64,000 nucleotides of DNA from Minisyncoccota bacterium (GCA_036517295.1 DATDWZ010000008.1:304-64303), one strand, 5' to 3'; positions 49,377 to 58,948 are shown, counted from the first letter of the stretch. A program made the numbers and translations. The notes: generated by a model not told the origin, from the letters alone.

Positions 49377-49482
49377 GACGCCCTGTTTCTTTCGTTCTTA
49401 CACTATTATTAACGAGAGTTTGTGGTATAGTAAGCCTTAATCAAAGATGTAATATTGGTAAGAAATAGTTACTTAAAGCGTC
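49377..49482. promoter_or_regulatory. Divergent ECF-type promoters
   Basis: Minus strand TGTAAG-16-CGTC (49377-402); plus strand GGTAAG-16-CGTC (49457-82), 7 nt before the sigma ATG. Confidence 0.6.
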
Positions 49483-49489
49483 TAAAACT

Positions 49490-50002
49490 ATGAAAGGCCC
49501 CGAAGAAATGTTTCTGGATACATATAACACCTATTCGGACCAAATCTTTCGGTTTGTCCTCTTTAAGTTAAGCGACAGAGAAAAAGCCAAAGATCTGACG
49601 CAAGAAACTTTCATGAAGACCTGGATCCATATTTCCAAAAATGGCAACCTGGAAAATGTAAGGGCTTTTCTCTATAAGGTAGCGAGGAATCTGGTCGTCG
49701 ACGAATATAGGAGAAAAGGTAGAGTAAACATAAGGTCTTTGGATGAACTTGTGGAAGATGGCTACGATCCAAAAACGGAGGAATCCGAATCTTTGATGGA
49801 TAAGATAGACGGCAGAGAGGCCTTAAAATTCATAAAACAACTGCCCCAAGCATATTCGGATATTTTATTTATGAGGTATGTGGAAGAATTGGATATTTCT
49901 GAAATAGCTTCCGCTCTCGATAAATCAACAAATGTCGTCTCTGTCAGAATAAATCGAGGTATAAAGAAACTGAAAGAAATAATAAGTAAAAAAAATATAT
50001 AA
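49490..50002 (+). CDS. ECF RNA polymerase sigma factor
   Basis: AKDLTQETFMKTW, RAFLYKVARNLVVDEYRR and EIA..L......V.VRINRG motifs. Confidence 0.92.
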   Translation: MKGPEEMFLDTYNTYSDQIFRFVLFKLSDREKAKDLTQETFMKTWIHISKNGNLENVRAFLYKVARNLVVDEYRRKGRVNIRSLDELVEDGYDPKTEESESLMDKIDGREALKFIKQLPQAYSDILFMRYVEELDISEIASALDKSTNVVSVRINRGIKKLKEIISKKNI

Positions 50003-50010
50003 TTGCTCCT

Positions 50011-50748
50011 ATGTACCGAAATCTATTTAAAAAAATAAAGAAAGAACAACTAAGTCCGAAAGAAAAAGCGGATGGGTTTTTGAAACTCCGAGAGTTTATA
50101 AAAGAAAATCCAATACGATTTACTCCGGAAATGACCGTGGCAGAGAAAAAAGGCGCACCCATAAAATCTCCTTTCTTTAATGGCTTCTTTTTTGGGCAGA
50201 GAACTTTCGTTTTGGCCGGGGCTTGTATGCTTCTACTCGTTGCTGGAGGAACGGCTATCGGCTCAAACTCTTCGTTACCCGGAGAAATTCTTTACCCCGT
50301 GAAAATATTGAACGAAAAAATGGAATCATTCTTGTCTGTGGGAACAAGGGCCCAGACCGAAGTTGAAATTCAGCATACCTTAAAAAGGCTGGATGAAGCT
50401 GAAAATCTATCAAATCAGAACAGACTCGACGAGAAAAAACAGATAGAAATTACCGATAATGTCTCATTAGGACTCCAGGAGATATCAAAAAAGGTCACAA
50501 AATTGCAGGATGACGGCAAGACAAAAGATGTCGAGGAGATAAATACCAGATTTAAAAAATCTCTGGAGGTACGCCGAGGAATAATACTAAAACTTGAAGA
50601 AGGGTGGAATGAAAAACAAAAATCTGCCTCTAGCACGAAAGAAGATGGGGAAAATTCATCGAATAAGGACTCGTCAAAAAACAGGGAGCAAATCAGAGAA
50701 TCGGGAGGCGTATTGAATGTAAAAACGGAAAATCCTCTTGAATTATAA
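50011..50748 (+). CDS. Probable anti-sigma factor (TM helix plus DUF5667-like domain)
   Basis: Directly after the sigma gene; TM helix then SLPGEILYPVK..E..RLDEA. Confidence 0.7.
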   Translation: MYRNLFKKIKKEQLSPKEKADGFLKLREFIKENPIRFTPEMTVAEKKGAPIKSPFFNGFFFGQRTFVLAGACMLLLVAGGTAIGSNSSLPGEILYPVKILNEKMESFLSVGTRAQTEVEIQHTLKRLDEAENLSNQNRLDEKKQIEITDNVSLGLQEISKKVTKLQDDGKTKDVEEINTRFKKSLEVRRGIILKLEEGWNEKQKSASSTKEDGENSSNKDSSKNREQIRESGGVLNVKTENPLEL

Positions 50749-50754
50749 GAACCC

Positions 50755-51114
50755 TTACTTATCCTGAGATTCCAGTTTAACCGCCGCTTCAGGAGTTGAA
50801 ACAGTTCTACCCATAAGAAAGAGTCTGATTATACCAACCGCCACAATCCAGTAAACGAGCATGGCCAAAAGTGTAGTCCACTCAAACACACTCCCTTCTA
50901 TTTGGGTTCTGCTAAACACCGCGTTAAATGGAGAGGTAAAAACGGATGTGGCGCCATAAATAAAGCTTGTAAATCCGGCGCCAGCATTGGCACCGAGAAG
51001 TTTCAAGACGAATCGAAAGGCTAAGAGTATTTCCAGTAACCCCAACACATACCAAACTATTTGCGTGCCACGGTATAGAGGTTTTGTTGATGAAGAATTA
51101 TATGATGATTCCAT
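50755..51114 (-). CDS. YggT-like membrane protein
   Basis: LEILLAFRFVLKLLGAN..F..FIY..T..F..PF pattern. Confidence 0.7.
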   Translation of the reverse strand: MESSYNSSSTKPLYRGTQIVWYVLGLLEILLAFRFVLKLLGANAGAGFTSFIYGATSVFTSPFNAVFSRTQIEGSVFEWTTLLAMLVYWIVAVGIIRLFLMGRTVSTPEAAVKLESQDK

Positions 51115-51139
51115 AAATTTTTGTTGTTAGAATTAATAT

Positions 51140-52243
51140 TTAGTTTTTTGTCTTAAACGCCTGCCTTTCCCCTCGTACCGTACCCATACTGTTTTCGGCA
51201 ACAAGTCGGAAATAGTAGTTAGTGCCCGAATTAAGCCCCGTAACAAATTTATCAATAGGCACAACCGCTCCCCCGGCACCCACATTAACAGGATCGGATG
51301 ATTGCAATAGTACCTGCCCTAGTAATGAATTCGTGCTGTACTCAAACCAATACTTCGTATCAGCAAGATTCGGATTAACCGTACCGTGCAAGGTTGCTCC
51401 CGAAGAGGTTACCGCCGAAGCGTTACCCGTAGTGACACTCGGAACTTTTGCCGATACCGGCCCCAATGTCTTGAAATTTAATATTGAACCGTTAATCGTC
51501 CCGAATTGGTTTTGAGCATTGATCCGAAAATAATATGTCGTCAGGGGTTCAAGGGAAGAAAGGGATACGGAAGCTGATGATTTCGTATTACCGTCACCAA
51601 TAGAAGAGAAAGCTGAGGTATCCCCCAATTCCACGGTCTTACCATATTCAAACCAATATTGTGTTGATGCATTATTTGGCGTAACTTCACCATTTATAAT
51701 AGCCGTTGTTCTGGATATGGCGCTGGCTGGCAGGGTTTTTGTCCTTGGAGCACTCCCCACCGGAGTTGATACACCTTCCGTGGTCTCTAATGTATATTGC
51801 CCACCAACCACTCTTCCATAGCGGTTTTCCGCGACAAGTCGAAAGTAATATGTTGTGTTTTTAACAAGTCCTGTAATATATGCCGGGGCTTGGATTGAGA
51901 CGAAACCGGAACCAAGCGTCTGATTTAAAGTCTTACTTCCAAGGTTATTGGTATTACCATATTCATACCAATAACTTGTAAACGCCCCCCGTGGGTTGAC
52001 CGTACCATTAACAACTGCTGTTGTATCCGTTGGAGAAAATGATGAGTTAGTGACGACAATTGGCAACCCGGCTTGAGATGTCACGACCGTGTTCGTACCG
52101 GTAGTATTAGTATCGTTATTTACGGTAGTAGATGTAGTTGTGGCATTAGGAGACGGACCAACACCTCCACTAAAGCTCCAGATAGCCCACCCAACTATTG
52201 CCACCACCACGATGCCTCCAACAATCATTATTGTTTTTTCCAT
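51140..52243 (-). CDS. Membrane-anchored protein with three fibronectin type III-like repeats
   Basis: Three repeats of GTVNP....YWFEYG..L...T.YYFRLVA.N..G. Confidence 0.8.
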   Translation of the reverse strand: MEKTIMIVGGIVVVAIVGWAIWSFSGGVGPSPNATTTSTTVNNDTNTTGTNTVVTSQAGLPIVVTNSSFSPTDTTAVVNGTVNPRGAFTSYWYEYGNTNNLGSKTLNQTLGSGFVSIQAPAYITGLVKNTTYYFRLVAENRYGRVVGGQYTLETTEGVSTPVGSAPRTKTLPASAISRTTAIINGEVTPNNASTQYWFEYGKTVELGDTSAFSSIGDGNTKSSASVSLSSLEPLTTYYFRINAQNQFGTINGSILNFKTLGPVSAKVPSVTTGNASAVTSSGATLHGTVNPNLADTKYWFEYSTNSLLGQVLLQSSDPVNVGAGGAVVPIDKFVTGLNSGTNYYFRLVAENSMGTVRGERQAFKTKN

Positions 52244-52287
52244 AATATTTATGTTATTTTTTAATTATGTATAATCCTACACACTAA

Positions 52288-52313
52288 GACGAGACGGAAA
52301 CCGCTGTATTACA
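52288..52313 (-). promoter_or_regulatory. ECF-type promoter
   Basis: TGTAAT-16-CGTC. Confidence 0.6.
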
Positions 52314-52351
52314 GGTGTATAATTATAATTTTGTTATAATGGAGTAATGAA

Positions 52352-52452
52352 TCCCGTTAGAGTTTAACTGGGCTCGGAGATGTTGTAATCATACTAATGA
52401 GGTTAAATAGGCTTTAATGTACTAAAATATATAATGATAAACTCTAACGAGA
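52352..52452 (+). repeat. Family A element, copy 4
   Basis: TCCCGTTAGAGTTTA...TAAACTCTAACGAGA, 101 bp, colinear with the reverse complement of copy 2. Confidence 0.85.
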
Positions 52453-52781
52453 TGAACTATTTTTATGAAACCCCATATCTGTCGGAAATAACAGAAAAAT
52501 CTCACAGTGAAACGGTTATGATTTTTAAACACTCCTCCACCTGCACCGGAAGTGTTAAATTATATAAAAAACTGGAGGAACTAATGGAGAAGGGCGATTG
52601 GAAAACTCCGGTTTATCTAGTAACGGTTCAAGTATACCCAACATTATCAAAAAACATATCCGAAATATTTGATATAAAACATGAAAGCCCGCAAATAATA
52701 GTTTTAAAATCCGGAAAAGTCTTATATGAAGCCCATCACAACCAAATAGATATAGAAAATCTTATTAATTCACGAATGTAG
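52452..52781 (+). CDS. ytxJ: YtxJ-like (DUF2847) monothiol thioredoxin-fold protein
   Basis: IFKHSSTC.GS and IKHESPQII motifs. Confidence 0.78.
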   Translation: MNYFYETPYLSEITEKSHSETVMIFKHSSTCTGSVKLYKKLEELMEKGDWKTPVYLVTVQVYPTLSKNISEIFDIKHESPQIIVLKSGKVLYEAHHNQIDIENLINSRM

Positions 52782-52910
52782 TTTCGGAGGATTTTTGGCC
52801 AAAAGTCGCGTATAAAATAAAAACTGGAACCCGAGACATACAGTTAGTACATTGAGGGACCAGTTTTTATTTTAGACGATGAAATTAAGCAAAAAGACCG
52901 GGAACCGATA

Positions 52911-53114
52911 CTACATCTTTCCCACTGAGCAAGCCTTGCAGTTACCCTTGTGAGTGAAAATCTCATACAAAGCTGCCAAACCTACCAACAAATAGACAAG
53001 CTTAGCCAAACCTGGACCCAGCGCCTCTACGACATCATATCCCAGAGCATGAAGACCCCATGCCAAACCACCAACTATCAAGAGCACGAACGCAACCATG
53101 TGTAATGATTTCAT
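52911..53114 (-). CDS. DUF378-family small membrane protein
   Basis: LLIVGGLAWGL..VYLLVGLAALY pattern. Confidence 0.8.
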   Translation of the reverse strand: MKSLHMVAFVLLIVGGLAWGLHALGYDVVEALGPGLAKLVYLLVGLAALYEIFTHKGNCKACSVGKM

Positions 53115-53212
53115 ACGATAAATTAATTAAGATAACTAATAACTACCCCTTTTATTATACAATATATAGTGATTTAGTCACCAGCAGCCTGTGTATTACT
53201 TTAGATCTAAAA

Positions 53213-53755
53213 CTAGTTATTATTATCAGCTATTTTATTCTGCTGACTGAATATAACCCGCCTAATTTCATCAGGGTGACGGACGGCACTGATATAGAAC
53301 TCTCGGCTGTCTTCACTGGCCGTCTGAACCTGCACATTACCGAAACCTAAGAGAGTCGGAATAAAACCGTGAACATCCAAAGTTATGTCCTGTATCTTGT
53401 CAAAATGTAGATTTGAAACCTCTCGATCGAAAATCCGGCGTTGATCTATGGCAATAATACGCTTCTCGGTTATATACCAAACATCAAGATAAAATTTCGT
53501 CCAATCGACAAAGAAAGAGGCCCATATAGACAGAAGCCAAAGTGAATAAAAAAATAAAAACGCGGCCGAATGATTTCCTGGAAAATCAATAGCAAGTATG
53601 GACGGTATGAACACCCTTATTACAGCGAATAAAATTATCGGCAGAAGAGCTACCACCAAGAGGGCCGCCCCGTAACCTACAAAAACAATCCAATGCTTGC
53701 GCACCACCATTATGACATGCTCGTCGTGATTTAAATGTAATACTTCGTATGACAT
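53213..53755 (-). CDS. Membrane protein with a bacterial PH domain
   Basis: VRKHW, ITEKRII and KIQDI..G....LGFGNV.VQTA motifs. Confidence 0.75.
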   Translation of the reverse strand: MSYEVLHLNHDEHVIMVVRKHWIVFVGYGAALLVVALLPIILFAVIRVFIPSILAIDFPGNHSAAFLFFYSLWLLSIWASFFVDWTKFYLDVWYITEKRIIAIDQRRIFDREVSNLHFDKIQDITLDVHGFIPTLLGFGNVQVQTASEDSREFYISAVRHPDEIRRVIFSQQNKIADNNN

Positions 53756-53758
53756 AGT

Positions 53759-54007
53759 TTAAAAATAATTTATGGCCAAGCCGGCAACAGTAAACAAGGC
53801 TAGCGAGACTAGCACGAAAATTGTCTCCCCTATAACAACACCGGCACTGCGCATTCCGTATGACGACCAATGATACATCAAAACCGACGAGATGATCGTA
53901 TAAATAACAAAGAAAAAAACCAGTATGGCCACAAAAACAGGTTTATTTATAAAGAGTGATAGGTCTATATCGGGTAAGGCTGGCAATGAAAATAATGGTG
54001 ACTGCAT
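53759..54007 (-). CDS. Small membrane hypothetical protein
   Basis: Two TM helices, YHW..YG; TATAAT 7 nt before the ATG. Confidence 0.55.
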   Translation of the reverse strand: MQSPLFSLPALPDIDLSLFINKPVFVAILVFFFVIYTIISSVLMYHWSSYGMRSAGVVIGETIFVLVSLALFTVAGLAINYF

Positions 54008-54144
54008 ATCTATATTATAACAATAACTATTCGTTTTTAGCAAAAGCTGAGCCAAATTATCAATAAGTGGTTTGACTTATTGTCCGAAGTTTGCTTTAAT
54101 TGAGCGGTCGCCGGCACGGGCCGGTTTTTCAAATCATCAAAATT

Positions 54145-55938
54145 ATGGAAATTAGAAATATTGCAATAATAGCCCATGTCGACCATGGAAAAACGACCCT
54201 TACGGACGCCCTTATGAGACAGACGGGCATGGTTACGGCCGAGGGTGTGACCATGGATTCTAACGCTCTTGAGCAAGAGCGGGGCATTACTATATACGCC
54301 AAAAATACATCCGTGTATTATCCCGGAAAAAACTCCGGGCGAGAAGTGACAAAAATCAACATCGTCGATACGCCGGGCCACTCCGACTTCGGTTCGGAGG
54401 TAGAGCGAGTTTTGCGCTCCATCGACACGGTGCTCCTTTTGGTTGATGCTCAAGAAGGACCAATGCCCCAAACACGATTCGTTTTGAAAAAATCTCTTGA
54501 ACTCGGACTTAAGCCTATCGTCATAATAAACAAAATAGATAAACCGGCCGCTCGACCGGACGAAGTGCACGAGATGGTTTTGGAACTTTTTATGGAACTT
54601 GGGGCCAGCGATTCGCAGTTGGATTTTACGACAGTATATGCCATAGGTCGCGACGGTATAGCAAAAATGAAACTCACGGACGAATCGAAAGACCTAACTC
54701 CCCTTTTAGAAACAATACTTCGTGAAGTGCCACCGGCGACAGGGGATAAAAATCTGCCGGCAAGAATGCAATCGTTTAATCTAGCTTATGATAACTTCCT
54801 CGGTCGCCTCGCAGTCTGTCGAATGTATGAAGGCACAATAAAAGTCGGTGATGCGGTTTTCGTCAAACAACATCACGACGAAAAAGCAGCTCAAACAGTT
54901 TCCGGAAAATTAACAAAGATGTTCTCCTTTGAGGGTACCAAACGAGTAGAAATACAGGAAGCTTCTGCCGGAGATATTGTTATGATAGCCGGACTTCCTA
55001 CGGTTTATATTGGAGACACTATTTGTAAGGACGAGAATGCGGAAATGTTGCCTTCTATCAATATAGATGAGCCGACTATTTCGTTGAATTTCCTTGTGAA
55101 CGACTCACCTTTTGCTGGCCGTGAAGGAAAATTTGTAACGGGACGACAAATACGTGACAGACTGGAAAAAGAACTGGAAATAAACGTGGGGCTTAAGATT
55201 GATTGGAATAACAACGAGTACTTTACTGTTTATGGAAGAGGTGAATTGCACATCGCCATTCTCTGCGAAAATATGCGACGCGAAGGTTATGAACTTCAAG
55301 TCTCACAACCACAAGTTATTATAAAAGAAGAAAATGGAATCAAAACCGAGCCCTTTGAAGAAGTGACCGTAGATGTTTCGGATGAATTGGCCAGTTCGGT
55401 TATCGCAAGACTTACAGAAAGGCGCGGACTTTTGATGAATATAAAACAAAGGCATGGTCAGCAGAGAATCATTTTTGAAATACCAACAAGGGGTCTTTTA
55501 GGGTATCGTGGTCAGTTTGTGGTAGATACGAAAGGCAACGGGATTTTGTCTTCACGGTTTATAGAATTTCGAGAATATGTGGGTGATATAAAAAAGACCA
55601 GCTATGGCTCTATGGTTTCCATGACGGCAGGCAAGGTCCTGGCTTTTGCCTTAGACAACCTGCAACAGAGAGGGACATTGTATGTCGACCCGGGAGTAGA
55701 GGTATACGAAGGAATGGTTATCGGAAACACTTCAAAAGGTGAAGACCTCTTCGTAAACCCGACCAAAGGCAAACAGCTGACAAACATGAGAGCCTCCGGT
55801 TCCGACGACAAAGTCTATCTCACCGCAACAATGAAACTCGACATCGAGAAAGCCATGGAGGTCATGTCCGAAGATGAATATATAGAAATCACTCCAAAGT
55901 CGGTGAGATTGAGAAAGAAGGTACTGAAGGTTAAGTAA
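54145..55938 (+). CDS. typA: Translational GTPase TypA/BipA
   Basis: RNIAIIAHVDHGKTT, DTPGH, NKID, GRGELH and LTNMRASG motifs. Confidence 0.95.
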   Translation: MEIRNIAIIAHVDHGKTTLTDALMRQTGMVTAEGVTMDSNALEQERGITIYAKNTSVYYPGKNSGREVTKINIVDTPGHSDFGSEVERVLRSIDTVLLLVDAQEGPMPQTRFVLKKSLELGLKPIVIINKIDKPAARPDEVHEMVLELFMELGASDSQLDFTTVYAIGRDGIAKMKLTDESKDLTPLLETILREVPPATGDKNLPARMQSFNLAYDNFLGRLAVCRMYEGTIKVGDAVFVKQHHDEKAAQTVSGKLTKMFSFEGTKRVEIQEASAGDIVMIAGLPTVYIGDTICKDENAEMLPSINIDEPTISLNFLVNDSPFAGREGKFVTGRQIRDRLEKELEINVGLKIDWNNNEYFTVYGRGELHIAILCENMRREGYELQVSQPQVIIKEENGIKTEPFEEVTVDVSDELASSVIARLTERRGLLMNIKQRHGQQRIIFEIPTRGLLGYRGQFVVDTKGNGILSSRFIEFREYVGDIKKTSYGSMVSMTAGKVLAFALDNLQQRGTLYVDPGVEVYEGMVIGNTSKGEDLFVNPTKGKQLTNMRASGSDDKVYLTATMKLDIEKAMEVMSEDEYIEITPKSVRLRKKVLKVK

Positions 55939-56010
55939 GAATATTAGATTTGAGAAAAGGCATTGGCCACGCGTGGAACTGCACGCGACCAATACCTTTT
56001 TCAAAAAGAG

Positions 56011-56376
56011 CTACCTCTTCCGGCCACCAAGTCGGCGGTAGTGACACCGCCTGCACTCTTGCCGTGGGGGTGAGATGATTTTGAGAAGCCGATGGGCCTC
56101 TCTCACTCGCCTCTCCTCTTCGGCCTTGTGCAGTTCACGAAGAGCATCGACGAGCTTCACAAGATCACCAATTCTGACTTGGTGAGCCTTGCTGTGCTCG
56201 ACGAGGCAGATCGCAAACATAGGAACCCCCGCTATCTGCGCAAGGTGATCACGGCTTATGTGACCCCTCCAACTCCTCATCTCCTTTCCGAAAATGAAAC
56301 ATGCGCGCCTTCTTCCGCCTTTCACTACCGCCCCTACTTTCATAGCGCTCCTGGGGAACTTGGAGTGACCATTCAC
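56011..56376 (-). CDS. Small basic HTH-like hypothetical protein (GC-rich)
   Basis: FGKEMRSWR..ISRDHLAQIAGV....I..VE pattern. Confidence 0.5.
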   Translation of the reverse strand: MNGHSKFPRSAMKVGAVVKGGRRRACFIFGKEMRSWRGHISRDHLAQIAGVPMFAICLVEHSKAHQVRIGDLVKLVDALRELHKAEEERRVREAHRLLKIISPPRQECRRCHYRRLGGRKR

Positions 56377-56422
56377 TCTGTCTATAATCTAATACTATAT
56401 AAAGCAATATGCAAACATAGAC

Positions 56423-57187
56423 TTATGCACAGTCTTCGGTGCTATACTCCCCCACTTTTACCCTTTTTATATGAAAAGTTGTAGCTTTTACGCCTAAACT
56501 CTCGGCCAAATCAGAAACGAACTGCCTAACATAAAACCCGCTCGAAACAGTTATGGAAATTTTATCAATTAGAAAGATGTCAAAGAGACTCTTTGACATA
56601 AGTTCCTGCCATTGTTTTATTATTTCCTCTTGCCTGAAATCACCGGAAACGGAATTTATATTTCTTACGATATATCGTAAGAGATCATCTTTTACAATCT
56701 CTCGTCGTGATACAAAATCCACGGAATGAACCTCAACCTCATGACTCGGTATTTCAATCTCATTCAATTTCCCTTCCCTAGCCCATTGAAAAAGTGGCTT
56801 ACTGTCCACAGGCTTCGACGAATATGCCGGATACTTTTGTTCAAACTTACCAACAAACTTTTTTAACTCTTTTTTTAAATCTTTCCTAGACACTAAATGC
56901 TGACTACTAACCCCTACTCGACCTAAAAGGTCGAGTGTATCCGTCTCAAATCCCCATAAAATCTCAAACTCATATATTTTTGGTAACCCTAAATACTCAT
57001 CCTTTTTCTTTATCTCCTCACCTGACAAAACTAAAAGTAGCCCTTCTGCCATAGGATCCAGTCGCCCGGCATATGTCATTACCACATCCGAATACTCCGG
57101 ATTCTCCTTTTTGAACCTTAAAATTACCTCGTTTGGTGTCTCTCCAATATTTTTATACAGCAGATGGACACCACTATTTTTTTTCAT
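56423..57187 (-). CDS. truB: TruB-like tRNA pseudouridine synthase (no PUA domain evident)
   Basis: YAGRLDPMAEGLL, G.ETDTLD..G, YPAYSS and SSGFYVR motifs. Confidence 0.75.
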   Translation of the reverse strand: MKKNSGVHLLYKNIGETPNEVILRFKKENPEYSDVVMTYAGRLDPMAEGLLLVLSGEEIKKKDEYLGLPKIYEFEILWGFETDTLDLLGRVGVSSQHLVSRKDLKKELKKFVGKFEQKYPAYSSKPVDSKPLFQWAREGKLNEIEIPSHEVEVHSVDFVSRREIVKDDLLRYIVRNINSVSGDFRQEEIIKQWQELMSKSLFDIFLIDKISITVSSGFYVRQFVSDLAESLGVKATTFHIKRVKVGEYSTEDCA

Positions 57188-57209
57188 ATATTCTGTTACA
57201 ATAACCCAT

Positions 57210-58154
57210 ATGTCAGATAAATCAAAACCAGAAAACAAAATCAGCACTGAACCGTATAAAGGTGTTCGAGATTTCTATCCGGAAGACATGGCTGTTCAAA
57301 ATTATATTTTTGACACATGGAAAAAAGTGGCCAAAGAAGCCGGCTTTGTAGAATACTCCGCATCCATCCTTGAACCTGCCGAACTGTACAGAGCAAAAAC
57401 TGGCGAGGAAATAGTAAACGAGCAAATGTTCACTTTCACGGATAAGGGTGAGCGGGAGATTGCTCTGCGTCCAGAAATGACCCCAACCTTGGCCCGAATG
57501 ATTGCAGGAAAACGAAAATCTCTCAAATTCCCCCTCCGATGGTTCTCTATCCCGAATCTTTTCCGGTACGAGAGACCTCAACGAGGGCGAAAACGTGAAC
57601 ACTGGCAGTTGAATTGCGATATTATGGGCATAGCTGACCTCTCGGCAGAAGTAGAGACTATTTCTCTAGCTCACGCCATTATGAAAGCCTTCGGGGCGAA
57701 AGACAAGGACTTCGTGATACGAATAAACGACAGAAAACTCCTGAACGAAAAATTTGGGAACGAAAAAGCCATAAAACTTCTCGACAGAAAAGATAAAATG
57801 TCTGCTGAAGAGTTCGATCAAAAATGGAGTGAAGTATCATCGGAACCTTTTGACCCGAATATCGAACCGAACGAGACTATTAAAAAACTTATCGATGGTC
57901 TGAATAAAAAAGGGATAGCAAATGTCATCTTCGATACAACCATAACTCGTGGTTTTGACTACTACAACGGCGTAGTCTTTGAAGTTTTTGATACGGACCC
58001 AGCAAACAACCGCTCACTCTTTGGTGGCGGACGGTATGATAACCTCTTGGAGATTTTTGGCGTAGAACCAATACCGACTATCGGCTTCGGTATGGGAGAT
58101 ATTACTATACGAGACTTTCTCGAAACGCACGGCTTACCAACATGCGAAAAGTAG
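57210..58154 (+). CDS. hisS: Histidyl-tRNA synthetase catalytic core lacking the C-terminal anticodon-binding domain
   Basis: KGVRDF, ALRPEMT, FRYERPQRGRKREHWQ, RGFDYYNG, GGGRYD and GFGMG, then a stop ~18 aa later. Confidence 0.85.
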   Translation: MSDKSKPENKISTEPYKGVRDFYPEDMAVQNYIFDTWKKVAKEAGFVEYSASILEPAELYRAKTGEEIVNEQMFTFTDKGEREIALRPEMTPTLARMIAGKRKSLKFPLRWFSIPNLFRYERPQRGRKREHWQLNCDIMGIADLSAEVETISLAHAIMKAFGAKDKDFVIRINDRKLLNEKFGNEKAIKLLDRKDKMSAEEFDQKWSEVSSEPFDPNIEPNETIKKLIDGLNKKGIANVIFDTTITRGFDYYNGVVFEVFDTDPANNRSLFGGGRYDNLLEIFGVEPIPTIGFGMGDITIRDFLETHGLPTCEK

Positions 58155-58723
58155 TTTTTGATATCGAAACAAAGAATATTTTTCAAGATGTCGGGTCAAA
58201 CAACCCGGAGGATTTGGATATATCGGTCGTAGGAGTATACGATTACGAAACGGATAAATACCTGACCTTTTTGCAGGAAGAATTCGACAAGATGTGGTCG
58301 TTTTTCAAAAAAGCCGATGTTATAATCACATTCAACGGCGAGTACTTCGATATCCCCCTTCTGAACAAATACTACAAAAAAGCAGGCCACGGCGACCTAA
58401 AGAATATTCGCTCTCTTGATATTTTCAAAGAAGTGAAACAGACCTCCGGCAGATGGTTGAAATTGGATAAAATAGCCGAAGGGACTTTTGGTATAAATAA
58501 AGTCGGCGACGGCCTGGAAGCGGTAAAATGGTGGCGGACCGGCGAGATAGATAAAATAAAGAAATACTGCACGGAGGACGTAAAAATCACGAAGGATGTC
58601 TATGAATTCGCTCTTAAAAATAAAAAGATAATGTATAAAGAAGGACCTTTCGTTAAGGAAATAAAACTTGAAACGAAACACTGGGAGCCAATCGCGGAAG
58701 TAAAAACGCAAAGTTTGTTTTAG
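58142..58723 (+). CDS. RNase H-like DEDD exonuclease (YprB type)
   Basis: FDIET, FNGEYFD, LDKIA and YCTEDV motifs. Confidence 0.8.
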   Translation: MRKVVFDIETKNIFQDVGSNNPEDLDISVVGVYDYETDKYLTFLQEEFDKMWSFFKKADVIITFNGEYFDIPLLNKYYKKAGHGDLKNIRSLDIFKEVKQTSGRWLKLDKIAEGTFGINKVGDGLEAVKWWRTGEIDKIKKYCTEDVKITKDVYEFALKNKKIMYKEGPFVKEIKLETKHWEPIAEVKTQSLF

Positions 58724-58738
58724 AGACCACTCACGTCC

Positions 58739-58863
58739 GCTAAATTTCTTTCTCATAATATTTTTCAGAGAGACGCGGATAAATTTTTGCTAAAATTTTC
58801 CTTGAGTTCGCTCCGTCGAGCCTCACTAGTCTCTCTTCAAAATATTATTCGACAAAATTTAGC
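58739..58863 (-). repeat. Family B ~125-bp hairpin repeat, copy 2
   Basis: Terminal stem GCTAAATTT/AAATTTAGC; core matches 23527-23650. Confidence 0.75.
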
Positions 58864-58948
58864 TTAGTGGTTATTTTAAATTTTTTGTACGACTTTATTT
58901 TCTTATGAGTAACGCGAATTAGAAAATAAGAAGTGCCCTTGTGGTATT

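Noticed and set aside
57210-58154. HisZ (ATP phosphoribosyltransferase regulatory subunit)
   Set aside because: The aminoacylation motifs are intact and no his biosynthesis genes are nearby. HisZ is not fully excluded without phylogeny.
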